A stretch of DNA of 64,000 nt from Saprospiraceae bacterium (GTDB lineage Bacteria; Bacteroidota; Bacteroidia; Chitinophagales; Saprospiraceae). Shown here piece by piece: positions 54,572-63,847 of this stretch. Location of the stretch: assembly GCA_031367705.1 (NCBI GenBank), contig JANLQI010000360.1, positions 3,012 through 67,011 of the forward strand, in the 5' to 3' direction. The notes below the pieces were generated by a model. That model saw only the letters and a program-made list of their open reading frames with translations, was not told the origin of the DNA and ran no database searches. The position numbers were made by a program, and so were the translations under genes. Each line of letters begins with the position of its first letter. Position 1 is the first letter of the stretch.

Positions 54572-56260
54572 TTAAATACTGATTTTTTCAATTTTGGTTG
54601 CAAAGTAACTACTTTTTTCAGGAAACCGCAAAATCAATTTGCGATACATTTCAATTGATTTTATTTTATTTCCCTGCCAAGCCAACAAATCGGCTAAAGT
54701 TTCGGATACCAAATCGTCATCTTGCACCAAACTTTTGATAGCTAATTGGTGCATCGGACGACTTTTTTTCTTCTTATTTGGGTTCGATTCATATTCAGAA
54801 AATACTTCATCATCGTCGTCGTCATCATCTTCAACAAAGTGAACGGGTGATTTATCGTTTTGAGAACCGAACAAATTGTCTGGTACGTTGCTTTGTGTTT
54901 CAAATATTTCTACCATACTTTGCCGACTGATTCTGCGTATGGATTCGTCAGAAGCCAATGGCGTAATAGTTTGATTATCAGGCGTTTCTATTGTATTTTC
55001 AATCTGTTTTGTCGCACTAATTTGCGCAGCTTGCGACGTCATACGGAACTGACTCAACCACTCCGTAAAGGTCGGCTTTTTATCAAAGACAGGTTTTGTC
55101 TCTTGTTTTTCGACAATCGGGGCTTTGGTTTGATTGATAATTTCTAATTGTATGTTAGCTTTTTTCACGTCTTCTTCGCTTTCCTTTTCTATTGTTGTTA
55201 GGGTTGTTTCGTACTCTGGTAAGGCTTCCTCTAAATCTAATGATGGTTCAATATTTTCTTTTTCTGATAGGATTTTATTTATTATTTCATCCTCATTTTT
55301 TATTTCTTCGTCATGTATTATTTCTTCGGGTTCAATATTTTCTGTCTTTTCATCAAAATCAAAAAGAACGTCATCTGATATTGTTGACGAAGGAAAATCT
55401 GATTCCATCGTGGAAGGGGTCAATTCTGACAAATTGAGAGGGGCAGAGGTTGCTATTTCTGCTTTTACAAATTCTTCAAAGTCAACATGTTCGGTATCTG
55501 AAACGGGCGTTGTAACTACGGCTTCTATTGTATCCTCAACAAATTCTTCAAAATCTATATTTTTAGTTTCTGAAACAGGCGTTGTATCTACGACTTCTAT
55601 TGTTTCTTCAACAAATTCATCAAAATCTACATGTTTAGTTTCACCAACAGATGTTGTATCTACGGCTTCATTTTCCTCATTTTCAACAGTTTTTGTATCT
55701 AAATTCAAGGTAGGTTCATTGAATTCTGATACCAAACTGTTGATTAAAGAGTCAATTTCCTCTTCATCTGTTCTATTTTTCTTAGATTTTTTTTCCTTGT
55801 TTTGTGACAAATTAGAGACATCAAATTCTCCTTTTTCATCATTCCCGTTGAAGGCGATGTCGTCAATTTCAAGTTTCCAATCTGAACCAAGTGAATCCAA
55901 TTTCGTAGCGGATTGAACCGCTTGTGAAACTTGTCTTTCCGCTAAAAGGCGTTCAATATTGCTTAATTCTGTTAATTCTAAATACTCTTCTCCGAGAATA
56001 AAATTTTGCGGAACGAGCTTAAATGACTTTAATCTTTTAATTGTTTTATACAAATGTTTGCGGTTTGTTGTATAGGTTGCAGACATTTGAAGATTGCGGT
56101 CATAGTCTTTATGTTTGTTTAAATAGGACTTTTTCAAGAGCAAAATACGCAAATTCGCAGAATACGGATATTGCATCACAAGGGTTTTTAGCTCCTCATA
56201 ACCGACAGAGTATAGATAACTCTCGTCTTGCAAATATGCTGTTAATTGCTCGTTTGTCAT
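54572..56260 (-). CDS. Highly acidic low-complexity protein with internal 23-aa repeats
   Basis: Three tandem units of (V/A)VDTTPVSETKxVDFEEFVExTIE and a poly-Asp run, DDDDDDDE. It lies between the LptE-like gene and secG. Confidence 0.6.
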   Translation of the reverse strand: MTNEQLTAYLQDESYLYSVGYEELKTLVMQYPYSANLRILLLKKSYLNKHKDYDRNLQMSATYTTNRKHLYKTIKRLKSFKLVPQNFILGEEYLELTELSNIERLLAERQVSQAVQSATKLDSLGSDWKLEIDDIAFNGNDEKGEFDVSNLSQNKEKKSKKNRTDEEEIDSLINSLVSEFNEPTLNLDTKTVENEENEAVDTTSVGETKHVDFDEFVEETIEVVDTTPVSETKNIDFEEFVEDTIEAVVTTPVSDTEHVDFEEFVKAEIATSAPLNLSELTPSTMESDFPSSTISDDVLFDFDEKTENIEPEEIIHDEEIKNEDEIINKILSEKENIEPSLDLEEALPEYETTLTTIEKESEEDVKKANIQLEIINQTKAPIVEKQETKPVFDKKPTFTEWLSQFRMTSQAAQISATKQIENTIETPDNQTITPLASDESIRRISRQSMVEIFETQSNVPDNLFGSQNDKSPVHFVEDDDDDDDEVFSEYESNPNKKKKSRPMHQLAIKSLVQDDDLVSETLADLLAWQGNKIKSIEMYRKLILRFPEKSSYFATKIEKISI

Positions 56261-56297
56261 TTTTTATCCAAAAATACTAAGGGGGTATCTGTTTGCA

Positions 56298-56328
56298 AAA
56301 TGATGAATGATAAATTATAAATGATGAA
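56298..56328 (+). repeat. AATGATG-word repeat (31 nt family member)
   Basis: AATGATGAATGATAAATTATAAATGATGAAT differs at one position from 20127-20157. Confidence 0.85.
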
Positions 56329-56640
56329 TCTTTTAAAGATTGATTTACAATGTTTTAGGATTCAAAATAGTAGATTTTATTTCACCCATTTAATCAATAT
56401 TTTTACTTGAAAACCGAAATATCGGGAACAAAATAGTGTGTTTTTACTAATTTATCTGCATTAAAGCCCTTAAATTGAAATAATCATTGTTTAGTTTTCA
56501 AAAGCTTTCATTTATTGGTTCTCTTACATTTACGAAATTTATAAAATATTTTAAAAATTGATAATCAGTATGTTATAAATAATTTCTCCCTCAAAACTCT
56601 ATTTTAACACCTAAGAAATTATCCATTATCCATTAAAAAA

Positions 56641-57174
56641 TTACCAGTTTTCAGTAAATGCCTTATTAAATATGTCTTCAAGGATTTTGTCCGTAATTGT
56701 TTTTATCAATTGGTCTTGAACCGTCAAAAGTTGAGTCGTCCCAGGGAAATCTGCTTGAAAAGTAAAAACCTGTTTCCAAGAACCTTTTTCGTTTTGAGTA
56801 TCCGTCAACTCCACATTTATCGCTATTTTCAACTGATTGGTTTGCGCCACTTGCCCAGGTTGTGGTGCAATAGCGACAACGTCGTAACCAACCACTTGTC
56901 CAACAAAAACCAAATTAGCGTTGTCGTTATTTACAAGGCTTAGACGTGTATTATTTCTAATTTTATCTTTTAGTCGTTCCGTGAAATTTTGCGCCAAAGT
57001 AGGCGGTGCAGCTTGTGCATTACTGGTAAATAAACTGACGCTAAAAGTTTTCGTATCTGGCGAAATGGTTACGCCACGAAAGGAATAGCAACCCGTCAAC
57101 GACAAGCAAAAGACGCTAAATAATAAGCAAAAAACACTGTTTTTAATTAATTTCATGCTGCTGTTTTTCGACAA
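56641..57174 (-). CDS. LptE-like lipoprotein
   Basis: Lipobox LTGCYSF, about 170 aa, and a position upstream of secG as in many Bacteroidota. Confidence 0.5.
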   Translation of the reverse strand: MSKNSSMKLIKNSVFCLLFSVFCLSLTGCYSFRGVTISPDTKTFSVSLFTSNAQAAPPTLAQNFTERLKDKIRNNTRLSLVNNDNANLVFVGQVVGYDVVAIAPQPGQVAQTNQLKIAINVELTDTQNEKGSWKQVFTFQADFPGTTQLLTVQDQLIKTITDKILEDIFNKAFTENW

Positions 57175-57237
57175 AACGAAGAAAAAATAGAAATATGGTT
57201 GTCGGGCGGCAAATTTATTCTTTTTGTGTGGCTTATT

Positions 57238-58368
57238 TTACAAAAGCGACTGATAAAGTTTAATCCATTGTTCACCAATACCTTTATCGCTGAATTTTTT
57301 AACAAAATAAGACCCCCTCAGTATCATGTTGTTTCGCAAATTTTCATCATGCCATACGCGGTTTATTGCCGCTGCCAAAGCCTCAATATCATTCGGATTG
57401 ATATAAATTGAATCGGGACCTCCTGCTTCCTCAAAACATGAATCAACACTTGAAATAACGGGCGTGCCTGACCACAAAGCCTCGATAATAGGGATGCCAA
57501 AACCTTCAAAAAATGAAGGTAAAACAAATACACGTGCCTGTTTGTATATCGTAGGCAAATCCGTAAAATCTATTTTCGGTATAAAAACAACCCGTTTTTG
57601 CAGACCATTTTCAACAACATATTTTTTTACTTTTTGAAAATAAGCACTACCATCGCCAATTACAACCAAATTCGTATCTCCTTGATTCTCAAGGAGTTTT
57701 AAAGATTTTACTAAACCTAAAAGATTTTTACGCTCATTGACGGTGCCGACATAAAGCATAAATTGTGTAGGTAAATTGTATTTTTTTACAATTTCAGTAG
57801 GATTACTGAGGGGGTGGTTTTTATAAAAAATAGGGTCGCAAGACTGATAAATAACTTGAATCTTTGAAGGCTCAATTTTGTAAAAATCAATAATATCCCG
57901 TTTGGTTTGTTCACTAATAGCCACCACAATATCTGCTTGTTGGCAGGCTTTTTTGAACTTAAAAGAGTAAATTTTTCTATCAATAAATGGATAAAAAGAG
58001 GGATAACGTTCGTGAATGAGGTCGTGAATAGTCACCACAGTCCGTACATTTTTAGGGATACTGAGGGGTAGTTCATGCGACAAACCATGAAATATTTGAA
58101 CGTTTGATTTTTTAATATCTTTATTGATAGTATAGGAACGCCACAACGCGGGCAGTTTTTTGCCCAAACTCCCATTCGGCAAATGAATAGATACTGAGGG
58201 GTGCGTTGTAACCTTAGTCACACGTGGAATGTCGTTCAATTTAGGCGTAAAAAGATGGTATTCATTTTCTGGAAAATGAGTCGTTAAAGTCTCAATGAGG
58301 GTGCGGCTGTAATTGCCCAAACCCGTAAAATTTTGGAATGCTCGTTTAGCGTCATAACCGATTTTCAT
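57238..58368 (-). CDS. Family 4 (GT-B) glycosyltransferase
   Basis: ...VLPSFFEGFGIPIIEALWSGTPVISS... is the E-x7-E region. Confidence 0.85.
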   Translation of the reverse strand: MKIGYDAKRAFQNFTGLGNYSRTLIETLTTHFPENEYHLFTPKLNDIPRVTKVTTHPSVSIHLPNGSLGKKLPALWRSYTINKDIKKSNVQIFHGLSHELPLSIPKNVRTVVTIHDLIHERYPSFYPFIDRKIYSFKFKKACQQADIVVAISEQTKRDIIDFYKIEPSKIQVIYQSCDPIFYKNHPLSNPTEIVKKYNLPTQFMLYVGTVNERKNLLGLVKSLKLLENQGDTNLVVIGDGSAYFQKVKKYVVENGLQKRVVFIPKIDFTDLPTIYKQARVFVLPSFFEGFGIPIIEALWSGTPVISSVDSCFEEAGGPDSIYINPNDIEALAAAINRVWHDENLRNNMILRGSYFVKKFSDKGIGEQWIKLYQSLL

Positions 58369-58491
58369 TTTGCAAAATTACAGATTCTTTGTTTAGATTT
58401 TGAAAACATACATGGATTAATCCATTATGCAAACCGTTTTATCTAAAAAAGAACTTCATTCATCATTCTGATAGCGTTATTTGCGTATTAG

Positions 58492-59571
58492 ATGAATAAA
58501 ATAATTAAAAATATCAAGCGGCTTTTGACGCGACGCGCCATTTATCATGCGGCTTTTTGGTTTGTTTTGCTTTGCGTTCTGACGTTGAGCGAGATGCGGG
58601 GCGGTGATGCGAGTTTTATCCATTTTTTTTCAAATGAATTGGTCAATATCCTATTTTACGCGGCGATATATTATGCGAATAGCGAGTTTTTGATTCCTAA
58701 ATATTTGAAACCGAACAAGTTATGGACTTATCTCATTGGTTTAATAGGCGTTGCTTTGATATTGACGCCAATTAAGATTTTTATTCTATTTCAAAAATTT
58801 GCTAACTTTCCAGACGACCAGGACTTTTTGATTTCACATCAATCGTATTATTACTTGATTTCATTGATGACAGCGGGTATTTCCACGATTGTTAAGATTT
58901 CTTCCGATTGGTTGCGTCAAACACAGACGCAACGTGATTTAGAAACGCGTACGATGCAAACGGAGTTGAATTTTTTGAAATCTCAAATCAACCCACATTT
59001 TTTGTTCAATACCTTGAATAGTTTGTACGCTTTGACCTTGAAAAAGTCGGATGCCGCGCCAGAAGTGGTCATAAAGCTGTCGGAAATGATGCGTTATATG
59101 TTGTATGAATGTAATGAGCCACAAGTACCCCTCAGTAAAGAAATCAATTATATCCGAAATTATCTCGATTTGGAACGGTTGCGCCATAAAAATTTGGACA
59201 TAAAATTTGAGGTGGAAGGCATTGTTGGTGATTTAAAAATCGCACCTTTGATTTTCATCGCCTTCATTGAAAATGCTTTCAAACACGGTGCAAGCAACCA
59301 TATTTCAGATGGTTTTGTGCATATTCACGTTTATTTGGATGGTGAGGAATTGAATTTATATGTTGAAAATTCTAAACCTGAACAACAGCCCACACAAGAC
59401 CATCGCAGAAGTGGCGGCATCGGTTTGGTGAATGTTAGGAGACGACTTAATATTTTGTATAAAAATAATTATAACTTAGAAGTGCACGACAAGCCCAATA
59501 CTTATGGCGTTAATTTGTGGATGAAAATATTGCCAGATGCTGTAAGTCATTCGACATTGGTTAATAGTTAA
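58492..59571 (+). CDS. LytS/YehU-type sensor histidine kinase
   Basis: Multiple TM segments, then the LKSQINPHFLFNTLNSLYAL (His_kinase) motif and an ATPase domain, GGIGLVNVRRRL. Confidence 0.9.
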   Translation: MNKIIKNIKRLLTRRAIYHAAFWFVLLCVLTLSEMRGGDASFIHFFSNELVNILFYAAIYYANSEFLIPKYLKPNKLWTYLIGLIGVALILTPIKIFILFQKFANFPDDQDFLISHQSYYYLISLMTAGISTIVKISSDWLRQTQTQRDLETRTMQTELNFLKSQINPHFLFNTLNSLYALTLKKSDAAPEVVIKLSEMMRYMLYECNEPQVPLSKEINYIRNYLDLERLRHKNLDIKFEVEGIVGDLKIAPLIFIAFIENAFKHGASNHISDGFVHIHVYLDGEELNLYVENSKPEQQPTQDHRRSGGIGLVNVRRRLNILYKNNYNLEVHDKPNTYGVNLWMKILPDAVSHSTLVNS

Positions 59572-59673
59572 AATACACATTTACGAAATTTCTAAAATTT
59601 CGTAAATCTTGATAATCAATAAGTTAGATTCAATTAAAACGTTTGAAAGTTATAACAATAAAAAAAATAAAAA

Positions 59674-60411
59674 ATGAAAGTAATCATCGTTGACGACGAA
59701 CCTTTGGCATTAGATGTCATGGAAACTTATGTTTCTCGAATGCCCAATTTAGAGCTTTTGGCACGCTGTAACAATGCTTTTGAAGCCAATGAAGCTTTAA
59801 AAAACAATGATATTGATTTGATGTTCCTCGATATTCAAATGCCGCAATTGACGGGTATTGATTTTTTGAAAACATTAAAAACACCGCCTATGGTCATTTT
59901 TACAACGGCTTACCAACAATATGCTGTTGAAGGCTTTGAATTGAATGCCATTGACTATTTGTTGAAGCCGATTTCGATGGATAGGTTTATGAAAGCAGTA
60001 AACAAAGCGAGCGAACAGTATGATTTACACCATCAAGAAGCTAAAAATGGCGTAAATACTGAGGGGGTAGCCGAACCAAAACCTGACTATATTTTTGTGA
60101 AAGCCGACAAAAAACTGCAACGTGTAAAGTTTTCTGATATACTTTATATTGAGGGTTTGAAGGATTATGTCATCATTAGAACCGAAACGGGGCGTATTAT
60201 TTCTCTGCAAACGATGAAAAGTTTGGAAGACAAATTGCCTGTCGCTCAATTTGTGCGTGTTCACCGTTCTTTTATTGTTGGCATTGATAAAATTCATGCG
60301 ATTGTAGGAAATATGGTTGAAGTTATTGAAAAAGGAGCAGCCAAACATTTACCGATTGGCAAAAACTATCGTGATGAATTGTTGGAGATGATTGAAAAGC
60401 ATAAACTTTAA
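59674..60411 (+). CDS. LytTR-family response regulator
   Basis: Receiver domain (VIIVDDEP, DLMFLDIQMP, DYLLKP) plus a LytTR domain (...ILYIEGLKDYVIIRT...VHRSFIV). Confidence 0.9.
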   Translation: MKVIIVDDEPLALDVMETYVSRMPNLELLARCNNAFEANEALKNNDIDLMFLDIQMPQLTGIDFLKTLKTPPMVIFTTAYQQYAVEGFELNAIDYLLKPISMDRFMKAVNKASEQYDLHHQEAKNGVNTEGVAEPKPDYIFVKADKKLQRVKFSDILYIEGLKDYVIIRTETGRIISLQTMKSLEDKLPVAQFVRVHRSFIVGIDKIHAIVGNMVEVIEKGAAKHLPIGKNYRDELLEMIEKHKL

Positions 60412-60428
60412 GCGTTATGTAAATCCTA

Positions 60429-60459
60429 ACGTCGGCGAAGTTCAAAACCTCGCCGACGT
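60429..60459. terminator. Terminator, CGTCGGC-hairpin family
   Basis: ACGTCGGCGAAGTTCAAAACCTCGCCGACGT. Confidence 0.8.
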
Positions 60460-60626
60460 TTAGAACGCTGAAATTACCTTTTCTGAAAAAAAATTAAAAA
60501 TTTTAAACAAAGATAATATCCATATAAAAAATTGATTTTCAATATTTTATACAAATAAGAATAAGGAATACGGCTGTTTTAGGATTAAAGTTTTGGTATG
60601 AGGGATAAAAATTCAGACATTTAATT

Positions 60627-60634
60627 TACTTTTG
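60627..60634 (+). promoter_or_regulatory. -7 promoter box TACTTTTG
   Basis: TAnnTTTG match about 55 nt upstream of the PUR-like gene. Confidence 0.4.
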
Positions 60635-60690
60635 TCGCAAGTCAAAACATTTATCTTTTCATAAAATTTTTCAACCAAAACAGGGAAGAA

Positions 60691-61098
60691 GTGGATAATG
60701 AGAGACAATCGCGGAAATTTGAAAGCGTTTATTCAAAGAAAGTCCGCGCAGGAAAACGGAGAACTTACTTTTTTGATGTTCGCAGAACCAAAGGAGAAGA
60801 TTATTACCTCACCTTAACAGAAAGTAGCCGCCGCATGGACGGGGGTTATGAACGGCATAAGATTTTTCTTTACAAGGAAGACTTTAACCGTTTCATTGAG
60901 TCGCTTGAGGAAACGATTAATCATATCAAAACGGAGCTGATGCCGCAGTACGATTACGACGAGTTTACACGTCGGCAAGAGGAATATGAGGCACGGATAC
61001 GTGAGGAAAATGAAACAGATGCAGAAGGGGAAAAGGTAGAACCTAAGGCATTTACGTTCAAAAAAAATGATATTGACGATGATGATATGAGTTGGTAA
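60691..61098 (+). CDS. PUR-alpha-like nucleic-acid-binding protein (DUF3276)
   Basis: KKVRAGKRRTYFFDVRRTKGEDYYLTLTES...HKIFLYKEDFNRFIESLEE. GTG start. Confidence 0.8.
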   Translation: MDNERQSRKFESVYSKKVRAGKRRTYFFDVRRTKGEDYYLTLTESSRRMDGGYERHKIFLYKEDFNRFIESLEETINHIKTELMPQYDYDEFTRRQEEYEARIREENETDAEGEKVEPKAFTFKKNDIDDDDMSW

Positions 61099-61295
61099 TC
61101 GCTTGATAATGAGCCTTTTAACTGTTAAATCATATACAATATCGAAAAAATAAAATGAATGTTTCAAATATTCACAGCGAAGTCTTTTTACAAAGGTTTC
61201 GCTTTTTTATGCCTATAAATACTACAACTTTTATTAGTTTTACAGCGTTAAAAAACAACTTTCGTATTGCTTAAATTGATTAAATTATTAATTAG

Positions 61296-61613
61296 ATGAC
61301 AAATCAACCCGTTCAAGACCCAGGTCAAATCAATATCGAACTTCCAGAAGAAATTGCAGAAGGCATTTATTCTAATTTGGCGATAATTTCTCATTCAAAT
61401 ACTGAATTTGTTATAGATTTTGTGCGTATGATGCCCAATGTGCCTCAAGCACGCGTCAAAAGCCGTATCATTTTAACACCTGAACACGCAAAGCGTTTGT
61501 TGGGTGCTTTGATTGATAATGTCCGTAAATTTGAACAACAATTCGGTGCCATTGAAGAAAAAGATGTGCCGCCATTCCCTATGAGTTTTAATACGCCGAA
61601 GGCGCAAGCTTAG
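61296..61613 (+). CDS. DUF3467-family protein
   Basis: INIELPEEIAEGIYSNLAIISHSNTEFVIDFVRMMPN...RIILTPEHAKRLLGAL. Confidence 0.8.
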   Translation: MTNQPVQDPGQINIELPEEIAEGIYSNLAIISHSNTEFVIDFVRMMPNVPQARVKSRIILTPEHAKRLLGALIDNVRKFEQQFGAIEEKDVPPFPMSFNTPKAQA

Positions 61614-61660
61614 TATAAAAGGCAAAAAGCAAGGCGCAATTTGTCAATTGAAGTCAAATA

Positions 61661-61696
61661 AAAAGCGTTGGAAATCATTGATTTTCAACGCTTTTT
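61661..61696 (+). terminator. Rho-independent terminator
   Basis: AAAAGCGTTGGAAATCA-TTG-ATTTTCAACGCTTTTT. Confidence 0.75.
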
Positions 61697-61732
61697 GTAT
61701 TTTTGAATTTTAGGTTTTAAAAATCAAAAATA

Positions 61733-62290
61733 ATGAATCAGAAAGTACAGTCTTTATGGGAAAAATTGGAACAAGACCGCTTGTCGTTGTTTCAATTTTT
61801 GGAAAAACAGGACCCCTCAGTATTGAACAAAAAACCTGCCCCTGATAAGTGGTCAGTCAATCAAAATATTTTTCATCTCATCGGTGCGGAATCTGCATCG
61901 ATGGCTTATATGAAAAAAAAATTGAGTTTTGGAACGGATGATTTACCACAAGCGGGTTTTAAAAGTCGTTGGCGAAGGTTCATGTTGCGGGCTGCTTTTG
62001 CTTTGCCTTTAAAATTCAAAGCACCGCCACAATTAGATAAGATTCCTGACGATTTGAATTTTGAAGAATTGAAACAACGTTGGGCATCGTTGCGTGCAGA
62101 ATATTATGATTTTTTGAAGGATATGCCTGATACAATGGTTACTGCCGAACTCTGGCGGCATCAGATTGCAGGAAAAATGACCATTTTGCAAATGATTGAC
62201 TTTTTTGAAGACCATGTGAATCGGCATAAAAGCCAAATAGAAAGAACTTTGGTAATGGTGAATAATTTAATGGTGAATGGTGAATGGTGA
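61733..62290 (+). CDS. DinB-family protein
   Basis: Four-helix-bundle pattern with His motifs (IFHLIGAE, FEDHVNRHKSQIE). Confidence 0.65.
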   Translation: MNQKVQSLWEKLEQDRLSLFQFLEKQDPSVLNKKPAPDKWSVNQNIFHLIGAESASMAYMKKKLSFGTDDLPQAGFKSRWRRFMLRAAFALPLKFKAPPQLDKIPDDLNFEELKQRWASLRAEYYDFLKDMPDTMVTAELWRHQIAGKMTILQMIDFFEDHVNRHKSQIERTLVMVNNLMVNGEW

Positions 62291-62387
62291 ATAATTTAAT
62301 GGTGAATGGTGAATAATTTAATGGTGAATGGTGAATAATTTAATGGTGAATATAGCTAAGTTTCACCATTCACCATTCACCATTCAC
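62254..62387. terminator. AATGGTG-word tandem array (22-bp unit, about 3.5 copies) plus inverted arm; convergent terminator
   Basis: AATGGTGAATGGTGAATAATTT repeats begin inside the DinB gene 3' end. The right arm TTTCACCATTCACCATTCACCATTCAC abuts the ferredoxin gene stop. Confidence 0.85.
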
Positions 62388-62714
62388 TCAAACTTGTTCA
62401 GGTGCTAAACGTACCACCAAACCATCAATTTCTTCGTGCATTTTGATTTGACAACCTAAACGGCTGTTATCTTTGACGTGCGTTGCTTGGTCAAGCATTG
62501 CCCATTCATCGTCGGTTGGTTCAGGTAGGTCGTGTTCACTTTCGACATACACTTGGCAAGTCGCACACAAAGCCATGCCGCCGCACACACCTTCAACGGG
62601 TAATTCGTAGCTTTTACAAACTTCCATCAAACTTAAAGGTATGCCCAATGGGACTTCTAAATCGTGTGCTTCGTCGAAGCGGTCAATGACTGTGATTGTT
62701 ATGTTTTCTTTCAT
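62388..62714 (-). CDS. [2Fe-2S] ferredoxin (adrenodoxin/putidaredoxin type)
   Basis: Cys ligand pattern CGGMALCATCQV...C. 108 aa. Confidence 0.9.
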   Translation of the reverse strand: MKENITITVIDRFDEAHDLEVPLGIPLSLMEVCKSYELPVEGVCGGMALCATCQVYVESEHDLPEPTDDEWAMLDQATHVKDNSRLGCQIKMHEEIDGLVVRLAPEQV

Positions 62715-62726
62715 TATTTCGTTTTT

Positions 62727-62772
62727 GAATGGGCGTTATCCATTGTATTTTTTCAATGGGCGTTACCCATTG
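62727..62772. promoter_or_regulatory. Two copies of a 19-bp palindromic box between the FNR and ferredoxin genes
   Basis: GAATGGGCGTTATCCATTG (62727-62745) and CAATGGGCGTTACCCATTG (62754-62772). The second has perfect 7-bp arms, CAATGGG/CCCATTG. The centres are 27 bp apart. Confidence 0.5.
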
Positions 62773-62842
62773 CTAACACATTACGCCTTTTCAAGGCTAT
62801 CTGTTAATCATTATACATTATCAACTATCAGTTATCCACTAT

Positions 62843-63847
62843 TTAAAGACCATCTATACCTGTAACAGTCGTGTATTTGAACGATAGTTTTTTATCGGGA
62901 TAAACGATTTTGAAAGCCGATTGAACCGCTAATGTTGCTTCATGGAAGCCGCACAATATCAATTTCAATTTGCCGGGATACGTATTAATATCACCAATGG
63001 CAAAAATGCCTTTTTCGCTGGTCGCATAATCGAAGGTATTGACCTCAATGGCATTTTTATCAATCGCTAAACCCCAATCGCCAATAGGACCGAGTTTTGG
63101 CGAAAGCCCAAAAAGTGGCACAAAATGGTCTGTTTTTTTATGAATCAACCCCTCCGTATCGTGCTTGATAACGACTTCGTCGAGTACGCCGTTGCCGTTT
63201 AGACCGATAACTTCGGATTGTGTTACGACTTTTATTTTACCTGCATCGCGCAAATGCATGACTTTTTCAACGCTGTCCAATGCGCCTCTAAATTCGCTGC
63301 GTCTGTGGATTAAAGTGAGTTCATCAGTTAAGTCAGCAAGGTATATTGACCAATCTAAGGCAGAATCACCGCCGCCAGAAATGACAACTTTTTTACCACG
63401 ATACAATTCAGGGTCACGCACAATGTACTCAACGCCTTTGTCTTCAAATTGAGCAATGTTCGCAATCGGCGGTTTGCGGGGTTCAAACGAACCTAAGCCA
63501 CCTGCGATGAAAATGACAGGTGCAGTGATTTCCGTACCACGTGCAGTCGTAAGTTTAAAATGTCCGTTTTCTAATTTTTCAATGCTTTCTGCCCGTTCGC
63601 CTAAGGTGAAAGAGGGTTTGAACGGCTCGATTTGTTGCATCAAATTTTTGACCAAATCACCCGCCAATACTGAGGGGTAGCCTGGAATATCGTAAATGGG
63701 TTTTTTCGGATATATTTCCGACAATTGACCACCGACTTGCGGCAAGGCATCAATCAAATGGCAACGCAGTTTTAACAAACCCGCTTCAAAAACAGCGAAT
63801 AAGCCAACAGGACCTGCACCTATGATGAGAATATCTGTTGAAATCAT
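62843..63847 (-). CDS. Thioredoxin-reductase-like ferredoxin-NADP+ reductase
   Basis: DILIIGAGPVGLFAVFEAG...VGGQL (FAD), VVISGGGDSALDW (NADPH), GIFAIGDI. Same strand as, and directly upstream of, the ferredoxin gene. Confidence 0.85.
   Translation of the reverse strand: MISTDILIIGAGPVGLFAVFEAGLLKLRCHLIDALPQVGGQLSEIYPKKPIYDIPGYPSVLAGDLVKNLMQQIEPFKPSFTLGERAESIEKLENGHFKLTTARGTEITAPVIFIAGGLGSFEPRKPPIANIAQFEDKGVEYIVRDPELYRGKKVVISGGGDSALDWSIYLADLTDELTLIHRRSEFRGALDSVEKVMHLRDAGKIKVVTQSEVIGLNGNGVLDEVVIKHDTEGLIHKKTDHFVPLFGLSPKLGPIGDWGLAIDKNAIEVNTFDYATSEKGIFAIGDINTYPGKLKLILCGFHEATLAVQSAFKIVYPDKKLSFKYTTVTGIDGL

Noticed and set aside
55134-55916. A 260-aa Ser-rich ORF on the plus strand.
   Set aside because: It is antisense to the acidic repeat protein gene. 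Glu and Asp codons read as Ser, Phe and Leu codons on the opposite strand, so this is a low-complexity artefact.
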